In this document: positions 20,071-29,786 of the stretch, piece by piece
Position numbering within the stretch: the first letter of the stretch is position 1
Layout: the number at the start of each line of letters is the position of its first letter
Virus record (IMG/VR): IMGVR_UViG_2724679705_000002
Coordinates: 2,069 to 66,068 of that record
Direction: 5' to 3' (one strand)
Length of the DNA: 64,000 nucleotides
From: a virus
Taxonomy: Duplodnaviria; Caudoviricetes
Notes under the pieces: generated by a model
The model's database searches: none
The model's input: the letters and a program-made list of their open reading frames with translations, nothing else
Told to the model about the DNA's origin: nothing
Program-made: the position numbers and the translations under genes

Positions 20071-20634
20071 ATGACCACCCCGTCCGACACCCAATCCCTG
20101 ATCCTGTCCCGCGCCGCGACCCGGCCCGGCAACCTCGCCCTGCCGCTGCCCGAGGGGCTGGTCGGCGCCGCCGCCAAGATGGTGGTCGGCAAGATGATCG
20201 CCCACGGCTGGCTCGAGGAGGTCGAGGCCAACCTGCGCCGCAACGAGCCGATGTGGCGCGAGACCGGCGACGGCCACGGCACCACGCTGATTGCCACCGA
20301 GGCCGGGCTGGAGGCCATCGGGATCGAGCCGTTGGCGGCCAGTGCTGTCGCCAGCGCGCGGAAGGCGAAGCCGAAACCGGAACCGGTGCAGACGCCCGAC
20401 GACACCGCCGCCACGAAACCTGTCGCCATCCGCGCTGGCACCAAGCAAGCGCAGATCATCGCCATGCTCCAGCGCCCCGAGGGCGCAACGGTCGCCGAGA
20501 TGGTCGCGGCGACCGGATGGTTGGCCCATACCGTCCGCGGCGCCATCTCTGGGGCGCTGAAGAAGAAGCTGCGCCTACCCATCGCCGCGGAGAAGGTCGA
20601 GGGCAGGGGGACTGTCTACAAGCTGCCCGCCTGA
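20071..20634 (+). CDS. DUF3489 domain protein (C-terminal wHTH)
   Basis: GTKQAQIIAMLQRPEGATVAEMVAATGWLAHTVRGAISGALKKKL signature; GGAGG RBS. Confidence 0.85.
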   Translation: MTTPSDTQSLILSRAATRPGNLALPLPEGLVGAAAKMVVGKMIAHGWLEEVEANLRRNEPMWRETGDGHGTTLIATEAGLEAIGIEPLAASAVASARKAKPKPEPVQTPDDTAATKPVAIRAGTKQAQIIAMLQRPEGATVAEMVAATGWLAHTVRGAISGALKKKLRLPIAAEKVEGRGTVYKLPA

Positions 20635-20658
20635 GCCTTCAACGAATACCACACTGCG

Positions 20659-20686
20659 CCGCCGCCCCGCCCGGGCGGCGGTTCTT
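20659..20686 (+). terminator. Rho-independent terminator after DUF3489
   Basis: 9-bp GC stem CCGCCGCCC/GGGCGGCGG followed by TTCTT. Confidence 0.6.
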
Positions 20687-20883
20687 CATTGCCACGACAG
20701 AAGATCGCGGGCCGCCGCCTGCAGGATGTCCTGCGCCATCCGTGGCTCGCAAGTGTAGATCCCGCCCGGTTCCGGTTCGCCCACATTGTCCTCGAACCAC
20801 GCCCGCCCCTCGTCCGAGATCGGACGCAGGACGACGATGGTCCCGTGATCGTTGATTTCGATGTGCTGCCAGCCTTCGGACAT
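20686..20883 (-). CDS. Small hypothetical protein
   Basis: 65 aa with protein-like composition in the minus-strand operon. Confidence 0.6.
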   Translation of the reverse strand: MSEGWQHIEINDHGTIVVLRPISDEGRAWFEDNVGEPEPGGIYTCEPRMAQDILQAAARDLLSWQ

Positions 20884-20927
20884 GGGACAAGGCTACCAGT
20901 CGCGGGCCCGACGCGCCAGCGATCCGG

Positions 20928-21143
20928 TCAGTCCCGCCGCCAGCGTTCGAACAGCCTGCGCAAGAAATAGCCGCGCAACAGCGATACGCCGGTGAACGCG
21001 AGGCCGATGGCCAGCTGATCGCCCAGCGCGATGTGGATGCCGAAGACCGGAAACACCATGATCTGCATTCCGACGGCGAGGGCATAGCCGACGATCACGT
21101 TGGTTGCGGCCTCGGCCAGAGACATGCGGCGGGATTGGGTCAT
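20928..21143 (-). CDS. Small two-TM hypothetical protein
   Basis: Two hydrophobic segments; coupled to the MTase stop. Confidence 0.7.
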   Translation of the reverse strand: MTQSRRMSLAEAATNVIVGYALAVGMQIMVFPVFGIHIALGDQLAIGLAFTGVSLLRGYFLRRLFERWRRD

Positions 21144-22513
21144 GCGCCCTTTCTCGCACGGAGCGCAGGCTTAGTCGCCGCCTCCGCTTCCTTGACCCGG
21201 CTGGCTGTCCGCCCTGTCGCAAGTTCCCATCGCCGCACCGCGACGTCACAATAGACCGGGTCCAGTTCCACCGCGATGCAGCGCCGCCCGGTGCGTTCAG
21301 CCGCGATCAGTTGGGTGCCGGAGCCGCAGAAGGGTTCGAAAACCAGATCGCCAGGATCCGTGAAGGCCTCCAGCACAGCCTCAACCAGCGCGATGGGAAA
21401 CACGGCCGGGTGCGATCCGGCGGCGCCCAGCCCGCCCTTGTGGCGCATGATCCGAAAGACGCTGTCCGGAATGCGGTGGCTCTGGATCTCGTTGCCGTAG
21501 CCCGTCTTGCGATGGACCGTGCCGTCCGCCCCGCGCAGGCCGCCGCCGCCGAGGGTTTCCCCTGCGTGCTTGCTCTCGACCGTCTTGTTCGGCTTCCGGG
21601 GCTGGCGGTTGAAGTGGAAGATGAACTCGTGCGAGGGAGAGAGGCGGCCGTTCCAGTCACCGGGCAGGCCGGGCCCCTGGTCCCAGACATACCAGCCGAA
21701 GCGCCGCCAGCCCTGCGCGCGCATCCAGTCAACCCAGCCCTCCCAATAGGGGAGCCATTCGCTGTCGCGATGGACGAGGCCGAGGTTGACCAGCAACTGG
21801 GCATCGGCGGTGACCGGTGCTGCGGCGAAGACGCCCTGCATCAGCGCATCCCAATCGCCGACCTTCTCCTTCGCCGCGCCATAGTCGCGCTGCTGGGCGT
21901 AGGGCGGGGACGTGAACATCAGCAACGCCTGCCTCCCGTCCATCAGCCGCGCGACCACGGCCGGGTCGGTGGCATCGCCGCAAATCAGCCGGTGATTGCC
22001 CAGCGCCCAGATGTCACCGGGTCGGGTGATCGGATCGGGCGGGGCCTCGGGGATATTGTCGGCGGTGTCGTCGTCGATGGGCGCGCGGTCGTCGGCATCG
22101 TGCAGCAGCGCGTCCAGTTCGTCCTCGGGGATGCCGATCAGCCCGAGGTCGAAATCCTCGGCCAGCAGCCCGCGCAGTTCTTCAAGCAGCAGCGCCTCGT
22201 CCCACCCGCCCAGTTCGGTCAGCTTGTTGTCGGCGATCCGATACGCGCGGCGCTGCGCCTCGGTCAGATGGCCCAGCACGATCACCGGCGCCTCTGCCAG
22301 TCCGAGCTGGGTTGCGGCCAGGACGCGGCCATGGCCAGCTATCAACTCGCCATCCGCGGCGACGAGGCAGGGGACCGTCCAGCCGAACTCGGCCATGCTG
22401 GCGGCGATCTTCGTGACCTGGTCGGCGTCATGGGTCTTGGCATTCCGGGCGTAGGGCCGGAGACGGGCGAGGGGCCAATGCTCGATCCGGCCGGGCAGGA
22501 GGGGCGCGTTCAT
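21140..22513 (-). CDS. ParB-like domain + amino (N4-C-type SPPY) DNA methyltransferase
   Basis: Start MNAPLLPGRIEHW at 22513; ParB N-terminus (RPYARNAKTH, GHGR, IADNKL); TSPPY and FEPFCGSGT motifs. Confidence 0.9.
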   Translation of the reverse strand: MNAPLLPGRIEHWPLARLRPYARNAKTHDADQVTKIAASMAEFGWTVPCLVAADGELIAGHGRVLAATQLGLAEAPVIVLGHLTEAQRRAYRIADNKLTELGGWDEALLLEELRGLLAEDFDLGLIGIPEDELDALLHDADDRAPIDDDTADNIPEAPPDPITRPGDIWALGNHRLICGDATDPAVVARLMDGRQALLMFTSPPYAQQRDYGAAKEKVGDWDALMQGVFAAAPVTADAQLLVNLGLVHRDSEWLPYWEGWVDWMRAQGWRRFGWYVWDQGPGLPGDWNGRLSPSHEFIFHFNRQPRKPNKTVESKHAGETLGGGGLRGADGTVHRKTGYGNEIQSHRIPDSVFRIMRHKGGLGAAGSHPAVFPIALVEAVLEAFTDPGDLVFEPFCGSGTQLIAAERTGRRCIAVELDPVYCDVAVRRWELATGRTASRVKEAEAATKPALRARKGA

Positions 22514-23772
22514 GCCGCGAGCCTCTTTGCCTTGAGGGCGGCGAAGGTCTCGCCGGTTTCCGCCAGCACCGCCTCTTGGCCGGTGAAGGACTGCCAGCGC
22601 TCGATGGCGACATCGACATAGACCGGGTTCAGTTCGACGCCGAGGCATACACGCCCTGTGGTTTCTGCTGCGATCAGCGTCGTACCGGAACCCATGAAGG
22701 GCTCGTAGACCGCCTGGCCGGGGCTGGAGTTGTTCAGGATCGGCCGCCGCATGCACTCCACCGGCTTCTGCGTGCCGTGCACCGTGTCGGCATCCTGATC
22801 CCGGTTGGCGATCTGCCACAGCGTCGTCTGCTTGCGGTCCCCCGCCCAGTGACCCTTGCCCTTGGCCCGCACCGCATACCAGCAAGGTTCGTGCTGCCAG
22901 TGGTAATCGCCCCGGCTGAGGACCAGCCGGTCCTTCGCCCATATGATCTGCGACCGAACGGCGAAGCCCGTGGCTGTCAGGCTGTCCGCCACGGTCGCGG
23001 CATGCAGCGCCCCATGCCAGACATAGGCTACGTCGCCGGGGAACAGCGCCCAAGCTTCGCGCCAGTCGGCCCGGTCGTCATTCAGCACCTTGCCGGTGCG
23101 TTTGGTCTTGGCAGCGCCCGCCTGGTTGCGCCACGAGGGATCATACTCCACGCCATAGGGCGGATCGGTGACCATCAGCAGGGGGCGCACGGCACCCAGC
23201 AGCCGCACGACCACATCGGCAGATGTGCAGTCACCGCAGATCAGCCGGTGCGCACCCAGATGCCACAGGTCACCCGGCACCGACACTGGCGTGACCGGAA
23301 GTTCGGGCACATCGTCCTCGCCCTCGACCGGACCATCGTCGCCCAGCGCGTCGGGATCCCGCAGCAGCGCGTCAAGCTCATCGTCGCTGATGCCAAGCAG
23401 CGTCAGGTCGAAATCCTCGGCCAGCAGCCTCGCGATCTCGTCGCGCAGCAGGGCTTCGTCCCATTCGCCGAGCTCCGTCAGCTTGTTGTCGGCGATCCGG
23501 TAGGCCCGGCGCTCGGCCTCGTCGAGATGGCTGAGCCGGATCACCGGCACCTCGGTCAGCCCGAGCATGGTCGCGGCCAGCACCCGGCCATGGCCCGCGA
23601 TCAGTTCGCCATCGTCGGCCACCATGCAGGGGACGGTCCAGCCGAACTTGGCCATGCTGGCCGCGATCTTCGCCACCTGGTCGTCGCCGTGCATCTTGGC
23701 ATTGCGGGCATAGGGGCGCAGCCGGGCAATCGGCCAGGACTCTACCTGGCTCGGCGCGAAGACGAGGTCCAT
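22510..23772 (-). CDS. ParB-like domain + amino (N6-A-type DPPY) DNA methyltransferase
   Basis: ParB N-terminus; TDPPY, HGTQKP and YEPFMGSGT motifs. Confidence 0.92.
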   Translation of the reverse strand: MDLVFAPSQVESWPIARLRPYARNAKMHGDDQVAKIAASMAKFGWTVPCMVADDGELIAGHGRVLAATMLGLTEVPVIRLSHLDEAERRAYRIADNKLTELGEWDEALLRDEIARLLAEDFDLTLLGISDDELDALLRDPDALGDDGPVEGEDDVPELPVTPVSVPGDLWHLGAHRLICGDCTSADVVVRLLGAVRPLLMVTDPPYGVEYDPSWRNQAGAAKTKRTGKVLNDDRADWREAWALFPGDVAYVWHGALHAATVADSLTATGFAVRSQIIWAKDRLVLSRGDYHWQHEPCWYAVRAKGKGHWAGDRKQTTLWQIANRDQDADTVHGTQKPVECMRRPILNNSSPGQAVYEPFMGSGTTLIAAETTGRVCLGVELNPVYVDVAIERWQSFTGQEAVLAETGETFAALKAKRLAA

Positions 23773-23801
23773 GGGATGGGGCTCAGGATGTGGGGGATGG
23801 G

Positions 23802-23838
23802 AAATGAAAAGCGCCCGCGAGGGGGTTCCTCCGGGCGC
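23802..23838 (-). terminator. Putative rho-independent terminator upstream of the ParB-MTase/late operon
   Basis: GCGCCCG..GAGG/CCTC..CGGGCGC stem followed by TTTTCATTT on the minus strand. Confidence 0.55.
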
Positions 23839-23923
23839 AATTCTTCGATGATCAAGGGGTAGGTCAATGGGGGCAGGTCTGTCAACCCGAAAAGTGAAGC
23901 CGATTCAACGGCTTCTAATGAAT

Positions 23924-24156
23924 TGGCTTCCCGGGGTGGCTTCCGCCCACCTGGCTTCCCCGGAGGTGGCTTCCCTGGCTTCCCGCCGGGAATCCACCCC
24001 GGCCAGCTCCCGACTCCGCAAGCCGCTGATCTGACTCACGAATTCCGGCATCAGGTCGCAAGGTGGCTTCCGCCTGGCTTCCCCGGTGAAACTGCCTCAC
24101 GCTAGCGAACCGCCGCGCTGCGCCCCCCCGCATACATTCGGGGCCGGGGAGGAACC
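23924..24156 (-). other. Lambda-like cos site (cosQ-cosN-cosB)
   Basis: Minus strand GGTTCCT (24156-24150), then ..GTATGC GGGGGGGCGCAG CGCGG, then seven TGGCTTCC repeats (23924-24082) split by a near-consensus IHF site (24019-24031). Confidence 0.7.
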
Positions 24157-24216
24157 AGAGGGAGGGGGCAAGAGGAATACGTTGCGGGCGTGCCATGCAG
24201 GATGGCACCCTATGGT

Positions 24217-25296
24217 CTACGACAGGCGTTTGGCAGCGTAGGCGTCATGTATGAAGCCGATTGTTCTAAGTAAGCGGCGATAGAATTCATCAAGGATTTT
24301 TGGCAAGTCATAATTTATCTTGAGATCTCGGCCATAGAAATTTGTACGATTCTTGAACGTGTCAAATCGACCATCAGTCATGTCTGGAATCAGAACAAAC
24401 CTTTCAACCAATCGCGCTCTTTTGAAGTTTTCGTAAACGCGGGCGCTAATGTCCAAGTGGCCGTCATGAACAATTCGATCTCTGATTGAGGATATCATCC
24501 AAATCAGTTCATCCTTCACAAATAAGGTGCCTTCTTTTCCGTTAATCCGAAGTTCCTTCTTGTCGATGTATTGCTTTGATGCGCCGCGCAATTTTACAAT
24601 CTTTGAAAAATCCGCACCGGTGCATTCAGCTTCTAGTGCTAGTTTTACGGCATAATCGAGCATGCTTCTAAGGCGAACAAAGGTCGTTTCAAGATGTGCA
24701 TGCAAGAGGGCAGTGGCTGCAGAAACTGAAGAGCGAAATCCAACTCTCTCATTCGGAGAATAGATATAGAAAACACTGTCATTGAGAATTCCATAAAATT
24801 CTCCAACCACCTGACTTATTTGCGCGCTTGTTCTTTGCAGATTAGTGAGCAGGCCCTGTACATCTTGCAAGTACAGGAACTTGTGAAGCACGGCATCTGG
24901 TTGGGATCTGGCCAGAAGCTGTTCGAATCTCTGCTTCGTGACGCGGCTTTCTGGTTCAATACCAGCCATATGAACCCAGTCGGGGATCCGATCATGGTAG
25001 ATCATGAACTCGACATCAGATACAATTGATCGTCGTATGTGCCCATGCGTTGCAACGCAGAGCTCATCGAAATCAACGTCGACACTCGTATCTGTTCGAC
25101 GCCAGTATCCTTGAATGTCTTTGAAAAAGGCGGAAGTAAACTCGGGCTGGATAGCTCGGGACGGACGTCCATTGAGATTTTTGATTGGCTTGTCGTCTTC
25201 GAGTGAGACTGGCCATCCAGAAATTTTTTTTGGGCTTGTAGCCGTTTGAATGGAGATCTTCGAATAGCCTCGCCGTAGATCTGACTTTCTTGGCAT
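24217..25296 (-). CDS. HEPN-domain protein (Cthe_2314-like), putative RNase
   Basis: R-x4-H motif RDRIVH (24483-24466) preceded by RSMLDY; AT-rich. Confidence 0.6.
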   Translation of the reverse strand: MPRKSDLRRGYSKISIQTATSPKKISGWPVSLEDDKPIKNLNGRPSRAIQPEFTSAFFKDIQGYWRRTDTSVDVDFDELCVATHGHIRRSIVSDVEFMIYHDRIPDWVHMAGIEPESRVTKQRFEQLLARSQPDAVLHKFLYLQDVQGLLTNLQRTSAQISQVVGEFYGILNDSVFYIYSPNERVGFRSSVSAATALLHAHLETTFVRLRSMLDYAVKLALEAECTGADFSKIVKLRGASKQYIDKKELRINGKEGTLFVKDELIWMISSIRDRIVHDGHLDISARVYENFKRARLVERFVLIPDMTDGRFDTFKNRTNFYGRDLKINYDLPKILDEFYRRLLRTIGFIHDAYAAKRLS

Positions 25297-25442
25297 TACA
25301 AATGGGGATCACTTTGGTTTTGTTTCTGGTTATGCCATCCTCGCCCAAGATCGGCAGGCCCGTGGTGGCTGATGATGAGCGCGGCGCTTTTCGTTTTTGG
25401 GCGAGTATCAGTGTATCCTTGTGTGGGCATGATTTCTCCGCC

Positions 25443-28400
25443 CTACACCGAATTGGTCATCAGTACCTTTGCGATACTCTGACTCCACGCGGTCTTGAAC
25501 GCAGGATCTGAGGCGAAGAGCCTGTAAAGCTCCAGTTCTTCCTTTCTACGCTTCAGCATTACTTCCTGCAGCATTTTTTCAAGGGCCAGGCCGCGGTTAT
25601 ATGGGTCACTATTCGCTTCGTACTTTTCAGTGTAGTCGGGGTGCGACCGTATACTGTTCACGACGTTGATAAACTTGACCCGTTGTTCCTCCGGTGTGGC
25701 GCTCCATCCCTGAAACCATCGTTCGTTGAAGGACCGAATGATCTCGTCGAGGGGGTCTTTCTCGGGTTCACCATCCCGATAGCCCCGCGGATTGGGGTTC
25801 TGGGGTTCGAGTTCGGTTGGGGATGCGTCGAGACCGATCGTGTGGTTCAGTTTGGTCCGCTCCAGGCCATAAGAGGATAGGTCGACGGCCTCCAGCAACT
25901 CGTCCAACATGTCCTGGTCCGGATCCTTGATCTTCAGCTTTGGCACCAGGAACTTCAGGAACCAGAAGAGCTTCTCCCATTCCAGAACCTCGAACGGCAT
26001 GATCGACGCCATCTGGCCATAGATCTTGACGAACTGCCGCGCCTTGATCTTGACGTCGATCTTGTCCTTCTCGGCTAGTTCCAGTTGCTGGTTGAACCGA
26101 TCGGCCGCCACGTCGATCAACGGGCTGAGCGTCTGAGCATCCTCACCCGCGAAGTAGCGCGTGACGAACTCTTCGACCTCCTGCCATTCGTATACGCCGA
26201 CCTGGTCAAGCGGTCCCTTCAGCTCGTGAAGGACATTCACATCCGTTGCGGATGAAAGGGTGGTGACAGTGTAGAAGGGGTCGAAGGCCGCCTTGATGTC
26301 GGTCACGTCGTTGAAAAAGTCCAGGATGAACAGGTCCTCGGTCCGTTTGCCGAGTTTCGGTGCCGAACGGTTCAGCCGTGACAGCGCCTGCACGGCGAGG
26401 ACGTACTGCAGCTTTTTGTCCACATACATCGTGGTCAGTTTCGGCTGGTCGAAACCGGTCAGATACTTGTTGGCCACCACCAACAGCCGGTAGTCATCCT
26501 CGTCGAACCTGTCCCGCGTGTCGGCTTCGGGAAAGCCGTTCATCTCGGCCTCGGTGTAGGTCACCCCGTCCACGACCTTCTCGCCCGAGAATGCGATCAG
26601 CGCCTTGAATGGGTTGCCCCGCTCCGCCAGCAACTTGGTCACGGCCTTGTAATAGCGGATGGCCGCCTCGATGTTTTGGGTGACGATCATCCCCTTGGCC
26701 TTGCCGCGCAGCTTCTTCGGCGTCACCACATGTTCGATGAAATGGTCGAGCATGATCTCGGCCTTGGTGTTGATCGTCTGCTGGCTGCGCTCGACATAGG
26801 CGCGCAGCTTCTTCTGCGCCTTCTTCGTGTCGAACAGGGGGTTGTCGGCAATCGACTTCTGGATCTCGTAATAGCTCTTATAGGTCGTGTAGTTCGCCAA
26901 AACGTTGAGGATGAAGCCTTCCTCGATCGCCTGCTTCATGCTGTAGAGATGGAAGGGCTTGAAGCTGCCATCCGCCTGGCGCTCGCCGAACTTTTCCAGC
27001 GTCGTGTTCTTGGGCGTCGCGGTGAAGGCGAAATACGAGGCGTTGCCCCGCATCTTGCGCGACTGCATCGCCGCGAGGATGCGGTCCTGCGGGTCATCCT
27101 CGTCCGGGTCCTGATCGCCCGCACCCATCGCGCGGTTCATGTTGTCATGCGCGCTGCCGCTCTGGCCGCTGTGGGCCTCGTCGATGATCACCGCGAACCG
27201 CTTGTCACTCAGGTCGGCGATCCCCTCGATGATGAAGGGGAACTTCTGGATCGTGGTGATGATGATCTTCTTGCCGTTCTCCAGCGCCGATTTCAGATCG
27301 GCCGACCGCAGCGCCGGGGCGACGATGTTCTTGACCTCGGAGAAGTCCTTGATGTTCTCCCGCAGCTGCTTGTCCAGAAGCCGCCGGTCGGTCACCACGA
27401 TCACGCTGTCGAACAGCGGCTGGTCCAGCCCCTTGGCGCCCGGAATGCCCAACTTGGCCGGATAGGTCTCGATCAGCTGATAGGCCGTCCAGGTGATCGA
27501 GTTCGACTTGCCCGAACCCGCCGAGTGCTGGATCAGATAGCTGTGCCCCACGCCAGTCGTGGCCGCATGGGCCAGCAATCGGCGCACCACCTCCAGCTGG
27601 TGATAGCGCGGGAAGATCATCGACTTCTTGGCCAGCGGGTCAGTCGCCTTGCCCTCCAGCAGCACGAAATGCTGGATGATCCCCGCAAGGCTTTCCTTGG
27701 TGAAAACCTCTTCCCACAGATAGGCGGTCTTGTGACCATTGGGGTTGGGCGGGTTGCCTTCGCCCTGTTCATGGCCCTTGTTGAAGGGCAGGAAGAATGT
27801 CGCGGGCCCGGCCAGTTTCGTGGTCATGAACACCTCGTCGGTGTCCACCGCCATATGCACCAGCGCGCGACCGAACTGCAGCAGGGGCTGGGTGGCGTCG
27901 CGGCCGTCGCGATACTGCTTTTGCCCGTGATAGCGGGCGGTCTGGCCTGTCCAGGCGTTCTTCAACTCGATGGTGATCAGCGGCAGCCCGTTGAGGAAGA
28001 GGACCATGTCGATCTCTTCGCCCGGGTTGGTCTGCGAATAGCGGACCTGCCGGGTCACGCTGAAGATATTGGCGGCGAAGTTTTCTTGCACCTTGGTGGC
28101 CGAGCTGGCCAGCGGCGCGGGATACATCAGCGCAAAGAAGGCGTCATCGACGGCAAGGCCCTTCTTCAGCAGATGCAGCACGCCGTTCTTCTTGATCAGC
28201 CGGTCGAAGCGTTCAAGGATCTTGCGCTGCCAGTCGGCAGGATTGCGGTCCTTCAGCTTGGCCAGCTCCTTGCCTTGGGTGGTTTCCAGAAACTCCCAGA
28301 ACAGCCGGGTGTCGAGTGCGTATTCGGCGTCGAAATCGGCGGGCAGGCCAAGGCGGAATGGGCCGTGGCCTTCGGGGGCGGGGTGGCCGGCCAGTTCCTC

Positions 28401-28469
28401 GGTTGTCAGGCCCGTCAGGTGCCGCTGGATCGCCTGTTCCAGTGCCACTTCCTTGGTGTTGCTGACCAT
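25443..28469 (-). CDS. hsdR: Type I restriction enzyme R subunit
   Basis: D..LFLNGLPLITIELK nuclease motif; QHSAGSGKS, IIDEAH, FTATP and YLTGFDQP helicase motifs. Confidence 0.97.
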   Translation of the reverse strand: MVSNTKEVALEQAIQRHLTGLTTEELAGHPAPEGHGPFRLGLPADFDAEYALDTRLFWEFLETTQGKELAKLKDRNPADWQRKILERFDRLIKKNGVLHLLKKGLAVDDAFFALMYPAPLASSATKVQENFAANIFSVTRQVRYSQTNPGEEIDMVLFLNGLPLITIELKNAWTGQTARYHGQKQYRDGRDATQPLLQFGRALVHMAVDTDEVFMTTKLAGPATFFLPFNKGHEQGEGNPPNPNGHKTAYLWEEVFTKESLAGIIQHFVLLEGKATDPLAKKSMIFPRYHQLEVVRRLLAHAATTGVGHSYLIQHSAGSGKSNSITWTAYQLIETYPAKLGIPGAKGLDQPLFDSVIVVTDRRLLDKQLRENIKDFSEVKNIVAPALRSADLKSALENGKKIIITTIQKFPFIIEGIADLSDKRFAVIIDEAHSGQSGSAHDNMNRAMGAGDQDPDEDDPQDRILAAMQSRKMRGNASYFAFTATPKNTTLEKFGERQADGSFKPFHLYSMKQAIEEGFILNVLANYTTYKSYYEIQKSIADNPLFDTKKAQKKLRAYVERSQQTINTKAEIMLDHFIEHVVTPKKLRGKAKGMIVTQNIEAAIRYYKAVTKLLAERGNPFKALIAFSGEKVVDGVTYTEAEMNGFPEADTRDRFDEDDYRLLVVANKYLTGFDQPKLTTMYVDKKLQYVLAVQALSRLNRSAPKLGKRTEDLFILDFFNDVTDIKAAFDPFYTVTTLSSATDVNVLHELKGPLDQVGVYEWQEVEEFVTRYFAGEDAQTLSPLIDVAADRFNQQLELAEKDKIDVKIKARQFVKIYGQMASIMPFEVLEWEKLFWFLKFLVPKLKIKDPDQDMLDELLEAVDLSSYGLERTKLNHTIGLDASPTELEPQNPNPRGYRDGEPEKDPLDEIIRSFNERWFQGWSATPEEQRVKFINVVNSIRSHPDYTEKYEANSDPYNRGLALEKMLQEVMLKRRKEELELYRLFASDPAFKTAWSQSIAKVLMTNSV

Positions 28470-28478
28470 GATCCCCCC

Positions 28479-29786
28479 TTACGCCACCTTGATCTTGCCC
28501 GTGACCGCCGCGTTGATCAGGCTGGTCTTGTATTCTTTGAGTGCGGCGATCTGGTCTTCTTTAAATGATATGGCCCGATCATATTCGCCATTAAGCCCTT
28601 CGAGATGCTCTGTCAGGGCTTGTCGCTCTTCCGGTGGCGGAATCGGAACAGATATCGAATTGAGATTTGAGGTTGTAAGCTGGTTGATTGTCGCGGTCAG
28701 AAACGATCCAGCGAGCATCCGGAAAATCTCGCTATTGAGGATCTGAAAGATGTATCGGTTCATTTCAGATCGAAACACAGTGGTGAACGCACCAAAGCTC
28801 GCACCGGTGTCATCGTGTGTCGCTAACGCACATTTCCCGATGAGGTCACGACTTCCGTTCCGAGAGCAAATTAGGATGTCATTCGCGCGTATTCTGAGTT
28901 TTTCGGGAATGCGCATTCGGACATAGGCGTTGAGTCCGTCCCCGTAGACAAACTTGCCGCTCTTCAGGTTCGATGACCGCAAAACGAGAGTGCCCTCATC
29001 CTCGTCACAGAGGTCTTTGGGATCATAAGTCAGGCCAATCACAGCATTTCCAAGATGCTTGAGCCGCTTCACTTCCCAATGCGCGGGGATTTGGCCGATC
29101 CAGTCTATACGGCTGTCCTTCATGGGGGCGGAGGGGTTCAGGCCGCGGGTCACGGCCTGTTGGATCAGGATCTGCCGCCGCTCGCGCAACAGCGCGATCT
29201 GCTCTTCCTTGATCCGCACCGCCTCGTCCACCTTGGCGCATTTCTCATCCAGAAACGCCGCGATGGCGCGTTGTTCCTCGGGTGAGGGGATGGGCAGGCG
29301 CAGGTATTTGAAGTCGTCATAGGACAAGTTCTGCCGCAGCCCTGAGCCCAGAGCGTAGAAAACCTTCTTCACGTCGTAGGAATGCAGCAGGTAATGCAGG
29401 AACGCCGGGTCAATCTCGGCCTTAGGTCGAAGGTTGATGTAGGCCGACGTGATGATGCCAGTATCACGCGCCAACCCCGTGCGCAGGCTTGTCATATCGT
29501 TTTGCAGATCGGTGCCGCGAATGATTATGTCGCCGGGCTGGACGATCTGGTAGGTCTCGAAGCTTTCCGGCACCAGTCCGGTCAGCTTGTCCTCGTCTTT
29601 CACGATCACCCGGCCATAGCTCAGGGAAAGCACGGTGCTTTCCTTCATGCCGGTGTTCTTGTCCTTGTTTTCATACAGACACTGGCGGCCCGGTTCGACG
29701 CGCCAGTCTGCGGGCACTTCGCCGATCCACTCGACACCGCTCTCCTTGTAGTTGTCATAGGTCGGCCAGGCGGCGAGCGTCATCAC
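28479..29786 (-). CDS. hsdS: Type I restriction enzyme S subunit
   Basis: Two TRDs with conserved IP.PP.EEQ..I..FLD and LKEYKTSLINAAVTGK regions. Confidence 0.95.
   Translation of the reverse strand: MMTLAAWPTYDNYKESGVEWIGEVPADWRVEPGRQCLYENKDKNTGMKESTVLSLSYGRVIVKDEDKLTGLVPESFETYQIVQPGDIIIRGTDLQNDMTSLRTGLARDTGIITSAYINLRPKAEIDPAFLHYLLHSYDVKKVFYALGSGLRQNLSYDDFKYLRLPIPSPEEQRAIAAFLDEKCAKVDEAVRIKEEQIALLRERRQILIQQAVTRGLNPSAPMKDSRIDWIGQIPAHWEVKRLKHLGNAVIGLTYDPKDLCDEDEGTLVLRSSNLKSGKFVYGDGLNAYVRMRIPEKLRIRANDILICSRNGSRDLIGKCALATHDDTGASFGAFTTVFRSEMNRYIFQILNSEIFRMLAGSFLTATINQLTTSNLNSISVPIPPPEERQALTEHLEGLNGEYDRAISFKEDQIAALKEYKTSLINAAVTGKIKVA

Noticed and set aside
23924-24082. TGGCTTCC repeats as a CRISPR array or microsatellite
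   Set aside because: The repeats are 8 bp with irregular 1-80 bp spacers and there are no cas genes; the cos context explains them better.
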